DNA from: Histomonas meleagridis 2922-C6/04-290x
Lineage: Eukaryota > Protista > Parabasalia
Length of the DNA stretch: 63,106 bases
Assembly: GCA_020184695.1 (NCBI GenBank)
Contig: JAANOX010000281.1
Span: forward strand, 1 to 63,106
Direction of reading: 5' to 3'
Shown here: positions 23,027 to 34,302 of the stretch, in pieces
How the letters are laid out: every line of letters starts with the position of its first letter
Position numbering within the stretch: the stretch's first letter is position 1
Position numbers and translations under genes: made by a program
The notes under the pieces: model-generated
Seen by the model: the letters and a program-made list of their open reading frames with translations, nothing else
What the model was told of the DNA's origin: nothing
The model's database searches: none

Positions 23027-24533
23027 TTATTCTTCATTCTGATCCTTTGCGTTATCATCATCGTATGGTACACTTTCCGGCATTGCAGAGAATCCCAGTT
23101 CCTCCTTTGGTATACCGAACTTATTCATCTTTTGTTCGTACACTCTGAGTATATCGTTATGTGCCTTTTGTACCTTTGCCAACTCCATTTCCAGCTGATT
23201 AATTTTCGCGTTTTTCTGTGCCAACACGTCTTCGATTTTTGCGGATATTTCTGTTTCCTCGAGACCTGCTTCCTTCATTATTTGTTGCAGCTGCAGCTCT
23301 TTTTGTTCCAATTCTTCGTTCAGTCGCTTTACCTTTTGCTCCAATATGTACGCCCTGAACTCAGTCTTCTGTCGAACGTCATGTATCGAACTCTCGAACT
23401 GATCATAGATCGAATCGCGTTCTTGTTCCAACTGTTCGAATCGTTGTTCCAATACTTCTTCGGCGAGTTGGAGATCATGTAACTCTTCTTCTAACACATT
23501 TATCTTCGCTTTGTTACGAGCTAAGTCGCGTTTGTCTTGATTACAGACTTCGACTTCTTTGGTTAAGCGCTCGTTCTCTGTGATAAGTTCATTCAGTGGT
23601 TTCTCGATCTTTTTTCGTTGCGAATTAAGTTCATCGACTTCTTTACGGAGCGCATTAATTTCCATCTTCCGTTTGGAGATTTTCGCTTTGTTTTGCTTGA
23701 TGATCTCTAAGTTGTTAAGTGTGATGTTGTTGAAATAACGTTGGATGTTCTCAAACGCTCGAGCATTACGTTGTTGAAGTTCTTTAATTTGTTCGTTTTT
23801 AAGTTGCTCAAGTTCAGTGATTTCGCGTTTGCGTTGTTCTTCCATTTGCTCGCGCATAGAATTAACACGGCGCTCATGCGCGGCGCGAAGTGCTTCAACA
23901 TGTCGCTCAAATTCTTCGCGGAATTCAGAGATTTGACGATCTTGTTGGATTCGATGATTTGTTAAAAGTGAATCGTTTTGGAGTTGGAGATCATTGGTAT
24001 CACTGCGTAGCTCATTAACAATACGTTCGGAGTCAGCAGAATCTTGTTGTTGTTGGAGAAGTTGATGATATATTTCATCTTCGCTAGAAATATGTGAATT
24101 GGAAAACTCGTTCTGATTGGAGGCCATAAGATGCTTTACTTTCTTTTGATAAACGCGGAGTTCTGCTGCTGAAACTTCTTTGATTTCTTCGATCTCGCGT
24201 TCTTTATTGGTAAGAATGGTCTCGAGATCTTTAATTTCTTGTTTGGCTATTTCTAGTTGACGTAGTAATTCGTTGTGGTTAAGTACATTAAAATCAATTT
24301 CTTGTTGTGCATATGAATCTTCTGATTCTAAAATTTCTTTTTTCTTGTTTAGATCTGCTGTTTCTTTATTTGCCTCTGCTAATTGGCGCTTAAGGCCGGA
24401 ATTTACGATTTTGAGTTCTTGGTTTTGGCTTTGTACTTGGCTTTGTAGTTGGCCGTGTGGGTGAATTTTGTGTATTGCCTGTATTAGGTTTTGTTCTTCT
24501 TGCTGAATTTGGTTTTGATGAGTTTGCTCTCAT
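23027..24533 (-). CDS. GAS8: Dynein regulatory complex subunit 4 (GAS8/trypanin), apparent +1 frameshift in the first ~50 codons
   Basis: ELRVYQKKVKHL, IQRYFNNITLNNLEII, KAHNDILRVYEQKMNKFGIPKEELGF. The coding frame extends upstream of 24127 to ~24520, but the ATG at 24533 is in another frame. Confidence 0.8.
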
Positions 24534-25017
24534 TTTTTACTAACGAGATAACCTCCGAAACCGTAAATCCGAAGTCGAAAAATACTTCATTTACTTCGAC
24601 TGAAAACAAGTTTCAATAATTTATAATTAGTGATAAAGAAATATTGTCAAGCTGTACAATAAAAAATTATATGTATACCTTTCATTAAATAAACTTATAA
24701 TTCAAATATTCATTTGATGCATTTTTTTCCATCCTTATATTTAAATTTTTATACAATAAGAATCTCGCATATAGGAAACAACAGTTATTACTGAAAATGC
24801 AATAAAACTCGAAAAATTATGAGATATTCATGGATTAAGCAGCATAATTTACAGGTCACATCACTGGGAAAAAACCTCCATATTCTCTGAAATTCAACGA
24901 GTAAAGTATTCAATTATATTTGATCGTATTTTTTCCTGATATAACTTTTTCTGTTTGTTATGGTGTTTTTTAAAAAATTGAATTATTAAACCGTTTTTAT
25001 CATTCACCCCAAAAAAA

Positions 25018-26346
25018 ATGAAAGAAAACGAACCTGTTAATGTTCAAGAAACAAGCAACAAACCAATAAATAAAGTTATTCATCAGAATAACCTTATAAA
25101 TCCTCAGCCATATGAAGAAATGAAAAATAGTGCAATTTCTCGAACGTCAGAAATAATTGATAAATTTGGACCAAGACTAACAACCACAGAATCATGCCGC
25201 AAAGCGGCGGATGCTATTTACAATGAACTCAATCAATATTGTGATAAAGCATATTCTGAAGATATTCAAATCCAACCATATGGAGCACTTGTTTTTCACA
25301 AGTATATGATTTCTCTCTACTTTGTTGCATTATTTTTCATGTGGATTAACATGCCCAGTATTTCATTGATTTGTTTAATCACATCCATTTTAATTTTTGT
25401 TTTTGAATTTCTTCTTTCCTACAAAGTTGTTGAACGCTTCCACAAAGCAGGCACAGCACGTAATGTTCATGGGTATATTAATCCCGAAGGCGAAGTTGAA
25501 AACATCATTATCTTTAGTGGCCATCATGATTCTGCGCACATCTTTAATTTCTATGTTGATCATCCAGAGATGTATCAAGTTCGTGAGAAGCGCTTTCTAA
25601 TTGTATATGCCATGTTCTTCATCACTGTTGTTTACCATGCCATTTCAAGTATTAAAAACTTCGGCTTGTTTGGACATTGTTCACCAACTAAGCGCTCACT
25701 TATCATCTCTCTTATCTTCACCATTGGCTCACGTTTTATTGTTCCGATTTGGGGGTTCCTTAACGAGGAAGGCACGTGCGGCGCCGGCGATAACCTCATT
25801 AGTTCTTCTGTTGCTGTTGAGCTTGCCAAATATTACAGTGAGCATCGTGACTTATTAAAGCACACGAAACTTGTCTTTATCTCATACGATGCCGAAGAAA
25901 CACTTCTTCGTGGCTCACGTGAATTTTGGCGCATGCACAAACATGAGTATGAAGGAAAACATGTGTGGAATGTGAACTCCGATTGTCCTTATTTCGTTGA
26001 TGAGATTTCGTTCCTTGTCTCCGACATTAATGGGTTTTTACCTCTTTCTGAGAAACTCGCGAATAAACTCGTTGAGATATCCCACGAATTAGGACTAAAA
26101 GAAGTGAAAACGAAGAAGTTGTTATGTTTGGCAGGTGGAACAGACGCCGCAGAGGCGCAAAAGGTCGGAATTCAGGCAACGACATTGCTCGGAGTGCCAT
26201 ACACTAATAAGGATAGGCATGGAAGAGATGTGGTGTACCATACAGCAAGAGATACAATAGAGGCCGTGGAGCCGGAAGCTGTTTCTGCAATGCTCGCAAT
26301 CTTCACTAAATTTGTGGAGAAAACTGAAGCAGGTGAACTTGAATAA
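25018..26346 (+). CDS. M28-family metallopeptidase with transmembrane insertions
   Basis: Zinc ligands SGHHDSA, GAGDNLISS, SYDAEE, VNSD, VYHTARD. Confidence 0.8.
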   Translation: MKENEPVNVQETSNKPINKVIHQNNLINPQPYEEMKNSAISRTSEIIDKFGPRLTTTESCRKAADAIYNELNQYCDKAYSEDIQIQPYGALVFHKYMISLYFVALFFMWINMPSISLICLITSILIFVFEFLLSYKVVERFHKAGTARNVHGYINPEGEVENIIIFSGHHDSAHIFNFYVDHPEMYQVREKRFLIVYAMFFITVVYHAISSIKNFGLFGHCSPTKRSLIISLIFTIGSRFIVPIWGFLNEEGTCGAGDNLISSSVAVELAKYYSEHRDLLKHTKLVFISYDAEETLLRGSREFWRMHKHEYEGKHVWNVNSDCPYFVDEISFLVSDINGFLPLSEKLANKLVEISHELGLKEVKTKKLLCLAGGTDAAEAQKVGIQATTLLGVPYTNKDRHGRDVVYHTARDTIEAVEPEAVSAMLAIFTKFVEKTEAGELE

Positions 26347-27744
26347 AATTTGTCGGAAAGTAATGTGATGTGATGTGAAAATTGAATTGAAAACGATAAA
26401 ATTTGTAAATGTGAAGTGATAGGAAATGCTTTTCAAGTATAGCCGGTATTTTCACACACCTCCAAGGGCAGAAACAAATTATGTGCTTGTTATTGAGCTA
26501 TGTTAAGAAGGACATCAAATGCATCTTTTCTGTTTCTTTTTTGCATCATTCTGCAGAATGGACTCGAGAAGGAGGACGTTAAAAAAGTGTCGATGATTTT
26601 AAGGAAATTCGAATTTAAATGCTTACATATGAATTGAGGTACTGTGGCTGATCTGTATTAAATAGTTTTTGCTCAATCGAATAAATTCATCATAAATTAA
26701 TAATTATTAAATATATATAAATTTAATTTTATTTTTATTATTGGAATTAGGTATAATACAACATTTAAAACTAGTATTGGATTTTTTTCATTCTTACAAA
26801 AAATAATGCATTTTGTTTTGTTTTTTCTTTTATTTTTATCCAGTATCTTTCATGGTAAAATGCAATTACCTAAATAATTCTTGTAATTTTCGAATGTTTT
26901 TTTATGATTTTGAAAACATAAATAAAATTTTATTCTATTTTACCTTTTGAGGATGCATTTTCATTAATGAGTGCTGTTTTAAGTGTTTTGAACAATTTCC
27001 AAATATTATATTAAAACATGATTTAGTTCTAACAAATTCGATATAAAACAAAATTTACAAATATCTGTAGAATTTACATCAATATTTTGTTTTCCATTGA
27101 AAAATTTCATAAGTTTTTTTTATCATTCTTTATTTTCATTAGAAGTTCTGATATAAATATATAGAACAAATTTTAAATTTATACTGAAAACTTGAAATAT
27201 TTTATATAATCATTATAAAAATATAATATTCATTATTACAATGATTATGTTCCTTCTTGTTTGGGAAGCATATATATAAAATCGTTTTGACATTTTTCCA
27301 TTTTTAAGATTAGATCGATTTAAAATAATAGAATAAAATCTCATGTATTGAAAACAAATATCAAATAAGACAAGCGAACATTTGGCTTATCAGTATGATT
27401 ATTACCATCAGATTGTAAAAGGTACTTCACAAGTTCGAAGTTCCCGAATTCAGTAGAAAATATTAATATATTTTTAGTTATTTTACATTTTTGAAGAAAA
27501 TTACAAATTTAAACTGAAAAAAATTATAAAATATACATTATTCAATATGTTTTCTATGAATAATATTACACTATGCACGTAACTTCTTTTAAGATCTACA
27601 GGATTTCACAGCAGTCTATATATGATTGTTTTTCTTGATTACAATATTAAAACGCCATTGAAATATTTTATAAAAATAAAATTTGAAGAAACAAAAAAGA
27701 AAGATTATGATTAAATTTTATGAATGTTACATATAAAGTTTTTT

Positions 27745-28320
27745 TTATGAGAGCTTGGCTGATGGCGCGGCCTTCTTAAGGAGATAAGATGTAAGAAGCT
27801 GAGGACATAGAACTTTGGCTTCAGCTAAAGTTATGTATGTTGGAGGATTAATTGACCACTTTACCTGAAATTCTATTTTGCCATCTTTTCCTTTTTTAGT
27901 TCCGATTATTTCCTTTGGAACATCATCTGGAGTTTCAACATGCTCTTGAAAATATTGTAGTGTCATAAAAGGATATTCTTTTATAAGTTTTGAACTTAAA
28001 TATGATTTATGTGGTTCGTGTTCTAACACTTCGATTTTTTGATCAGGTTTAATTGAGAATTGAATTCCATTGTATGGATCCTTAACTTGTTTAAATTTTC
28101 TTGAAATAAGCTTATTAATTGTAGTTTTTGCTGTTGGTAATGTTTTTGTTTTTTTATTTTTTTGATATTGGTTAATTAAATCTTGGCATTTCATGTCGTC
28201 AATAGAAACCCATGAATTATCTTTTGAAGAAAATCCTTTCCATTTCACGTAAAAATGTTGTTTTTTATTTAGATATCTGTCAGCAATTATTTCCTCGATT
28301 TCAAGCAAGTCTTCGCTCAT
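27745..28320 (-). CDS. Chromodomain protein (HP1-like)
   Basis: EIEEIIADRYLNKKQHFYVKWKGFSSKDNSWV chromo motif; chromo-shadow-like C-terminal segments. Confidence 0.8.
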   Translation of the reverse strand: MSEDLLEIEEIIADRYLNKKQHFYVKWKGFSSKDNSWVSIDDMKCQDLINQYQKNKKTKTLPTAKTTINKLISRKFKQVKDPYNGIQFSIKPDQKIEVLEHEPHKSYLSSKLIKEYPFMTLQYFQEHVETPDDVPKEIIGTKKGKDGKIEFQVKWSINPPTYITLAEAKVLCPQLLTSYLLKKAAPSAKLS

Positions 28321-28635
28321 TGCAAGTTAGCACTTTTTATATTCAACGACCGTTTAAATACCTATCTCTGGTAAAAGAGATTTAAAAATTCTTGTTTTGT
28401 TAATAAACTATGAACATAATTTAAAAACATGCATTTTCAGTAAGCTACTGAGCTTTAAACTAACATTAAAAAATGATTGCAAACGTTAAACTCGGTAAAT
28501 GTGATAGCACATTAAAAATCATTTTACTAAATAGAAGTCAAAACAAAACTCCTTTTAATTGGTAAAATAAATGTTTACTATGCCAAAATAGAAAAATTTA
28601 ATATGAAAAAAATCGAAGTGTATTTTGAATTTATT

Positions 28636-30906
28636 TTAATTTCTTCCAGAACGTATCAGAGTTGCCTTAGTTGGCCTTTGATTTTCCACGTTCAAGAAGA
28701 CTGTTTCTTCAGCCTCAAGTGAAAACAAAGCGTCTACAATTTCTATTTCTGTAATATTTTGGCCCATCACAGCCTTAATGTTATTTGAAATTTGACTAAA
28801 TGACATTGTATTACTTGAAACTGATTGAAGCATTCTCGTTATTTCCTTTGCGATCGAAGCGATTTTACTTCTTCTTTCTGCAGATGTACCAGTTGTCAAC
28901 AAGTCCATATCGATTAAACCAGTTGAAGGGTCTGTTGCAGATTGATGCAAAGCTTCTTTCATTAGTTTCAAAGCTTCTTCTGCATCTTTTGCTTCGACTT
29001 TTTCTGAAAGTCTCATCTTCGCATTGGCCTCAGCTATACGAATACAACTTTCTAATTGTCTTGGAGTCGAAGAGATAACTTTTCGGCCGCCCAATCCTCT
29101 CATTTCTACGTAACCATCGACGAGGATTTTTTGTGCTTCATCAGTGAACACTGGGTTACAATGTTCTTTAGCATATGCAATATAATCTGTAAGTTTCGCA
29201 GCAGGAATAATTGACGCGACTTCATCACGTGATGAATACATTCCTACTATATGTCTGGCAAGTTTCTGATCACGCGCAGCATCGACATGATCAAGAACAA
29301 GATAAACAAGATCAAATCGACTTAATAAAGTCGGCGGAAGTTGAATATTTTCAACAACACTTAGTTTCGGATTATATGAAGATTCAATTGGATTCGCGCA
29401 TGCGACAATTGAAGCTCTCGCATTAAGTGTACAAACAATTCCCGCTTTAGCAACACTAACTGTTTGTTGTTCCATTACTTCATGAAGTACACTTCTTGCT
29501 GATTCATTCATCTTATCAAATTCATCAATACAACAGACGCCTCTATCAGATAAAACTAATGCACCACTTTCAAGGACAAATTCGCCTGTATCTGTATCTC
29601 GAACTACAGATGCTGTTAAACCAACTGCGGAACTTCCTTTACCAGATGTATATAAACCACGTGGTGATACCTTATGTGTATATTTGATTAATTGTGACTT
29701 AGCTGTGGCTGGATCACCAACAAGTAATATATTTATGTCGCCTCTTTTCCCATGTGAATTTAATGAGCCGCCAAATAGTAAACATAAAAGTCCTTTCTTA
29801 ACTTCGTCCATTTGCCAAATTGATGGCGCAAATGATCGAATAAGTTTATCATAGATTTCGGGATCTTTTGATAACTCTTCTGCAATTTGTTTGCGCTTCT
29901 CTTCATGCTCTTTGATGGTTATTGTTTCATCAAAGTTTTGCATTTCTTCGTTTTCAATTTGTGTGGTAAATGACTTTCGAATATGGACAATATCAATATA
30001 TGTTCGATATACTGAATGAACAGTTCGAATGCGTGGATTTAATCGAGTGGGAGCTGCACGCCAAACACCAGTGATTTCAACACGATCACCAGGACGTGCA
30101 TAATCAACAAGTTCCTCAAATGCTATACCTGCAATGTTTTGTGGTGTTTCTCCTTGTGGTATTGACTCGGGATTTTCTTGGATTTTAATGTGTTGGCGAT
30201 CAGAAAAGATACAAAGATTATGTTCAATGTCATAGGAATTCGTAGCCCCACAGACTGAACATTTCCCTGGATCTGTGATTTTACCATTCATTACTTCGAC
30301 ATTTTCAATGTGTTCACATTGACGACATTTTAACGCGGCGACTTTAAGGTCAGGAATTACTGCGGATGTACGAGTGACCATTCCACGGATGGATACTAAT
30401 CGATCAATATCACTTGGTTGAAGATCTCGGATTGGTTTGGTCTCAAGAAGGTTAAATGGACGAGTTTGAACAAGATTTACTGCTTCTGCTTCAACCCCTT
30501 GGAAAAGTGTTTGGAAAATTTCTTTTACAACTGCATCTGCAAGTTGAAGCATCTCAATTGGAAAAGCAACAAACTGATTGTAAAGGATTGGATTAAACTT
30601 ATAAATATGATGGCAATCAATATTTAAGTTGTAATTTTCGATTTCTCGCATTTCTTGGATTTTTTGGAAGTATAAAGGTTTATCACTTTCTCCTTCATCA
30701 ACAAATGTCTGTATAAATTTCCTTATTTCAGCTGTGACGACTTGAGCATTGATGTTTGTACCATATGCAACTGTTTGAGAGTAATATGAAGAAGGATCGG
30801 CAAGTGTAGAAGAAGAAAGTAAAGGACCTGAATCGGAATTAAAGTGGTCCTCAATACGAATCTGAGATGAGCCTTGTGAATCAATCTGAGAACTTTCTTG
30901 AGTCAT
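28636..30906 (-). CDS. MCM4: DNA replication licensing factor MCM4
   Basis: Zn finger CRQC..CSVC, Walker A GDPATAKSQ, IDEFDKM, arginine finger SRFD; likely ATG at 30906 (MTQESSQ). Confidence 0.9.
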   Translation of the reverse strand: MTQESSQIDSQGSSQIRIEDHFNSDSGPLLSSSTLADPSSYYSQTVAYGTNINAQVVTAEIRKFIQTFVDEGESDKPLYFQKIQEMREIENYNLNIDCHHIYKFNPILYNQFVAFPIEMLQLADAVVKEIFQTLFQGVEAEAVNLVQTRPFNLLETKPIRDLQPSDIDRLVSIRGMVTRTSAVIPDLKVAALKCRQCEHIENVEVMNGKITDPGKCSVCGATNSYDIEHNLCIFSDRQHIKIQENPESIPQGETPQNIAGIAFEELVDYARPGDRVEITGVWRAAPTRLNPRIRTVHSVYRTYIDIVHIRKSFTTQIENEEMQNFDETITIKEHEEKRKQIAEELSKDPEIYDKLIRSFAPSIWQMDEVKKGLLCLLFGGSLNSHGKRGDINILLVGDPATAKSQLIKYTHKVSPRGLYTSGKGSSAVGLTASVVRDTDTGEFVLESGALVLSDRGVCCIDEFDKMNESARSVLHEVMEQQTVSVAKAGIVCTLNARASIVACANPIESSYNPKLSVVENIQLPPTLLSRFDLVYLVLDHVDAARDQKLARHIVGMYSSRDEVASIIPAAKLTDYIAYAKEHCNPVFTDEAQKILVDGYVEMRGLGGRKVISSTPRQLESCIRIAEANAKMRLSEKVEAKDAEEALKLMKEALHQSATDPSTGLIDMDLLTTGTSAERRSKIASIAKEITRMLQSVSSNTMSFSQISNNIKAVMGQNITEIEIVDALFSLEAEETVFLNVENQRPTKATLIRSGRN

Positions 30907-31425
30907 TTGATGGACGTTTAAATATGTGTACGATAGGAAAATAGTAAACGTTTTGAAGGGAAAAATTTCATAATTATAAGTCATATTTACAACAAAATTT
31001 ACTCTACACCTCAATCTTTTACGAAAACATAAACAAAAAATCAATATTTAGGAAAAATTTTAAAATTTTAAAAATTATTTGATTTTTTTCCAAATATATA
31101 TTTATTGGTAATTTAATTGGTATTTGTATAAAATGCGATTGTTTTTAACTGATGGAAATGTCTAATTGAACAATGTAATTTTAAAAAGTGATTTACATTT
31201 CTCAACACAGTTAACTGTGTAATAGGAAAGTAAGTATAAAAATAACCAACTTGAGTTATAACGTTATGTACTAAAATTTTATATTTTTACCTGGTGGCAC
31301 GTCTGCTCCTGAACTGTACGAAATCCCATTCATAATTCAGAATTTTTTCGATGAGTTTATTCAAAACAATACAAATTGAACTCTGACATCTGACAAAAAG
31401 TGGCGCAGTACCATTAAGCCATAAA

Positions 31426-32709
31426 ATGGTTCTTTGCTGTTTTCTAGTGGCGATCTCATCAAATTCACCGTTTGACTTGGCACCTCCATTTTTCAACACA
31501 CAGGTATCTGAAATTGGTGAATGGTCACTCACAGATCATGCAATCAATCTCAAGAAGAAAATTCGTTTAACAACTGATGTTCGCTCATTTTCATCAGGAA
31601 CTTTATGTAATAGGCTCCCCACAACATTTGATTCATGGGAATTTGATTTTGATGTTATGGTTGAAGGACCTTTAAATGGATCATCATCCATTAACTTTCT
31701 TTTTTCATCACAAGTATGTATAATGGAACACATGCCATTCGATGGCTTTGGAATTGTAATACATACAGTTGAAGATGATAATGGAAATTCACCAATTTTC
31801 CTCATTCAAGGTGATTTTGAAAACCCAACGAAAGTAGGCCAAGTACAGATCAAAGAAAAAGAACAACCATTACGATTCAGAGTTTCTAGACAAGGCACTA
31901 GAGTTAGTATGAAACAAATTTTTGAATACACCACATCTAAATTAAGTTTCAGGAATATATTTGATAGAAGGTTACAAGACCTTCCTCATACCGGCTATTT
32001 CTCTATTTTTGCTAAAGCCGATTCCATTTCTGAAAATGTTGATATTTATTCAATCACAGTAAATCCAAAATCTTCCCATTACGGTAGCATAGATCCTGAT
32101 ACATCACGTAAGAATCGCAAGATCATTGAAGATTTTGTCGAATATAGGCGCCTTGAAAAATCCAAGAGGAGATCTACCATGCCTACATCCTTTGATTATC
32201 AACAACAAGCCAAGGACATGAATAATACACTTGGTCATACCGAAGAAAATGTCCACGAAATTGCAGATGCCTTCAAAATCATCAACGAAGCATTTGAAAG
32301 GAGCAGAGATTCGGTAACCGCTCAAGCATTCAAAAAGTTCGTTTTGACGTATGTCAAAAAAGAAATCGAAAATTCCTTCCACAAAATGGAAAATGCGTTT
32401 AAATCCTTTTCTGAGATAGATATTAGTATTAAGACCATGTGGCTGAACTTACAACATGAGCTTGAGCAACTTGCATTAGCTGCGAAACGTGAAATGCTTC
32501 AAATGAAAAGAGATTCACTTGAAGTTGCAAGACACGTTGATTTCAAAAACGTTGAATTTGATGGGAAGCAATTTAGTTTAAAGAAATCAAAACAGGAAAG
32601 CACGCTTTCCAAGGTTCTGATCTGGATCTCAATTGTAGAAGTTGTTGCGTATGTTGCGTTCTTCATGGTTCAGCATCACAAAACTAAAGGATTCATCAAA
32701 CATGATTAA
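31426..32709 (+). CDS. L-type (legume-like) lectin membrane protein, ERGIC-53/VIP36-like
   Basis: Signal peptide, IRLTTD..SGTLCNRLP...SWEFDF, FDGFGI, coiled coil, C-terminal TM and short tail. Confidence 0.7.
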   Translation: MVLCCFLVAISSNSPFDLAPPFFNTQVSEIGEWSLTDHAINLKKKIRLTTDVRSFSSGTLCNRLPTTFDSWEFDFDVMVEGPLNGSSSINFLFSSQVCIMEHMPFDGFGIVIHTVEDDNGNSPIFLIQGDFENPTKVGQVQIKEKEQPLRFRVSRQGTRVSMKQIFEYTTSKLSFRNIFDRRLQDLPHTGYFSIFAKADSISENVDIYSITVNPKSSHYGSIDPDTSRKNRKIIEDFVEYRRLEKSKRRSTMPTSFDYQQQAKDMNNTLGHTEENVHEIADAFKIINEAFERSRDSVTAQAFKKFVLTYVKKEIENSFHKMENAFKSFSEIDISIKTMWLNLQHELEQLALAAKREMLQMKRDSLEVARHVDFKNVEFDGKQFSLKKSKQESTLSKVLIWISIVEVVAYVAFFMVQHHKTKGFIKHD

Positions 32710-33137
32710 ACAGAAATTTACAAATATATTTGTTGATTATTTTTAAATGAATCTGTTCATTAACATTATATTTTTATAGAAAATATTCAAAAATTTATTC
32801 AGGAATCAGACATATAATTAATGAATTCATTTAAATGAGTGATTGATATCAATTCTTAATAATATTTTTTTTAATCATCAACAAATTATACAATTTTTAT
32901 CTGTAATTTTCAATTCGAACTGGTTTTTTTCAAAGAGTTAATCTATGAAATTTAATTAAAGTTTGAATTATGTGTTGATATCAAATTGGTATCAAATTGA
33001 TTCTTAGCGTTCATCCAGAAACTATTTTGTTAGTATTGAATTTGATTTCATCTTATTACTTTTTCAAAGATAATTTAAGGAACAAAATAAAAAAATTTTG
33101 TAATTAAACTTGATGCATTACTTTATAAAATATTTTC

Positions 33138-33983
33138 ATGAAACAAAATCACACACCGCTTTTAGATATGGCATTAAACTTTATAAAAGAGGAAATTCCA
33201 TCAGAATGTAAAACAAGTTCTTTCTTTATTCAAGCAAAAAATTTGTTTGAAGAATTGATTAATGGTAAACCTGTTCAAGAAAAATTATCAAAACTTTTAA
33301 TAGAAAACATTCATAATCAGCGTCCATTAGAAAGAACTTTGGAAATTCTTTCTGTAGAAGATTCCCCTATTCCTTGCGTTACCCAATATCAAATGAGTAA
33401 GAGAAAAAGACCATGGTCACATATGGAAGATAATCGTTTACTTGCTGCAGTTCATAGGATTGGACTAACAGATTGGGAAGCTGTAGCAAAGTTTGTAGGT
33501 AATGGTAGAACAAGACCACAATGTTCTCAAAGATGGAAACGTGCTTTAGATCCAAGAATTACAAAGGATCCTTGGACACCTGTAGAAGAGAAAAAGCTCA
33601 TGGATTTAGTTAATGAACATGGTGCTAAAGGTTGGGGAAAAATATCTTTGATGATGGGTTCGAGATCTGACTTACAATGTCGTTATAGATATGATCAAAT
33701 TAAGAAACAAAGGTATGAAACAAATATAAGAAATTTATCAGAAGATAAATTAAAATTACCAAATCTACATCAATTTGAAAGATTTTCAAATGATCAACTA
33801 CCACCTTTGTTATGTAGAAAACGGTGTTTTGCGCCAAAAGAATTTTCTATTGATGAACTTCTTTCAAAACCAAAAAAAATAATGCAAAAAAAGCTAGATC
33901 CAATTACTTACATTTTAATGGAAAGAGGTAATGATACTCCTTTGGGTTTAAAAGTAAACCATGTCATCGCAATTAATCAATAA
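33138..33983 (+). CDS. Myb-like DNA-binding protein (R2R3-type, parabasalid family)
   Basis: PWSHMEDNRLL...VGNGRTRPQCSQRWKRALDP...PWTPVEE...RSDLQCRYRY. Confidence 0.9.
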   Translation: MKQNHTPLLDMALNFIKEEIPSECKTSSFFIQAKNLFEELINGKPVQEKLSKLLIENIHNQRPLERTLEILSVEDSPIPCVTQYQMSKRKRPWSHMEDNRLLAAVHRIGLTDWEAVAKFVGNGRTRPQCSQRWKRALDPRITKDPWTPVEEKKLMDLVNEHGAKGWGKISLMMGSRSDLQCRYRYDQIKKQRYETNIRNLSEDKLKLPNLHQFERFSNDQLPPLLCRKRCFAPKEFSIDELLSKPKKIMQKKLDPITYILMERGNDTPLGLKVNHVIAINQ

Positions 33984-34302
33984 AACATTAAAAATTATAT
34001 TTATTTAGCATGTTCTTAGCGTAGGCAAGTTAGATTTTAAGTTATATTTTTAATGAGGTAATTTCTTTACTTGAATTTAAATTCAGTGTTTTTATAGAAT
34101 TGTGAATAAACAATTAATATTGATTTAAATATAGTCAAAAGTTTTCTTTACATTAACTAATGTGTAAAAAAAAAATTAATTATGATTTATTTGGAAAATA
34201 TTGTGTGAGTAATGGAAAGATTGAGCAACCTTTGCTTTTAAAATACTAAAATTTGCATTTAAAATTATCACTTTTTGAACAAAATATTAACTTGGAAATG
34301 TC

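Noticed and set aside
26585-26655. Possible box C/D snoRNA (GATGA...CTGA)
   Set aside because: The box C match is poor and I cannot identify an rRNA-complementary guide.
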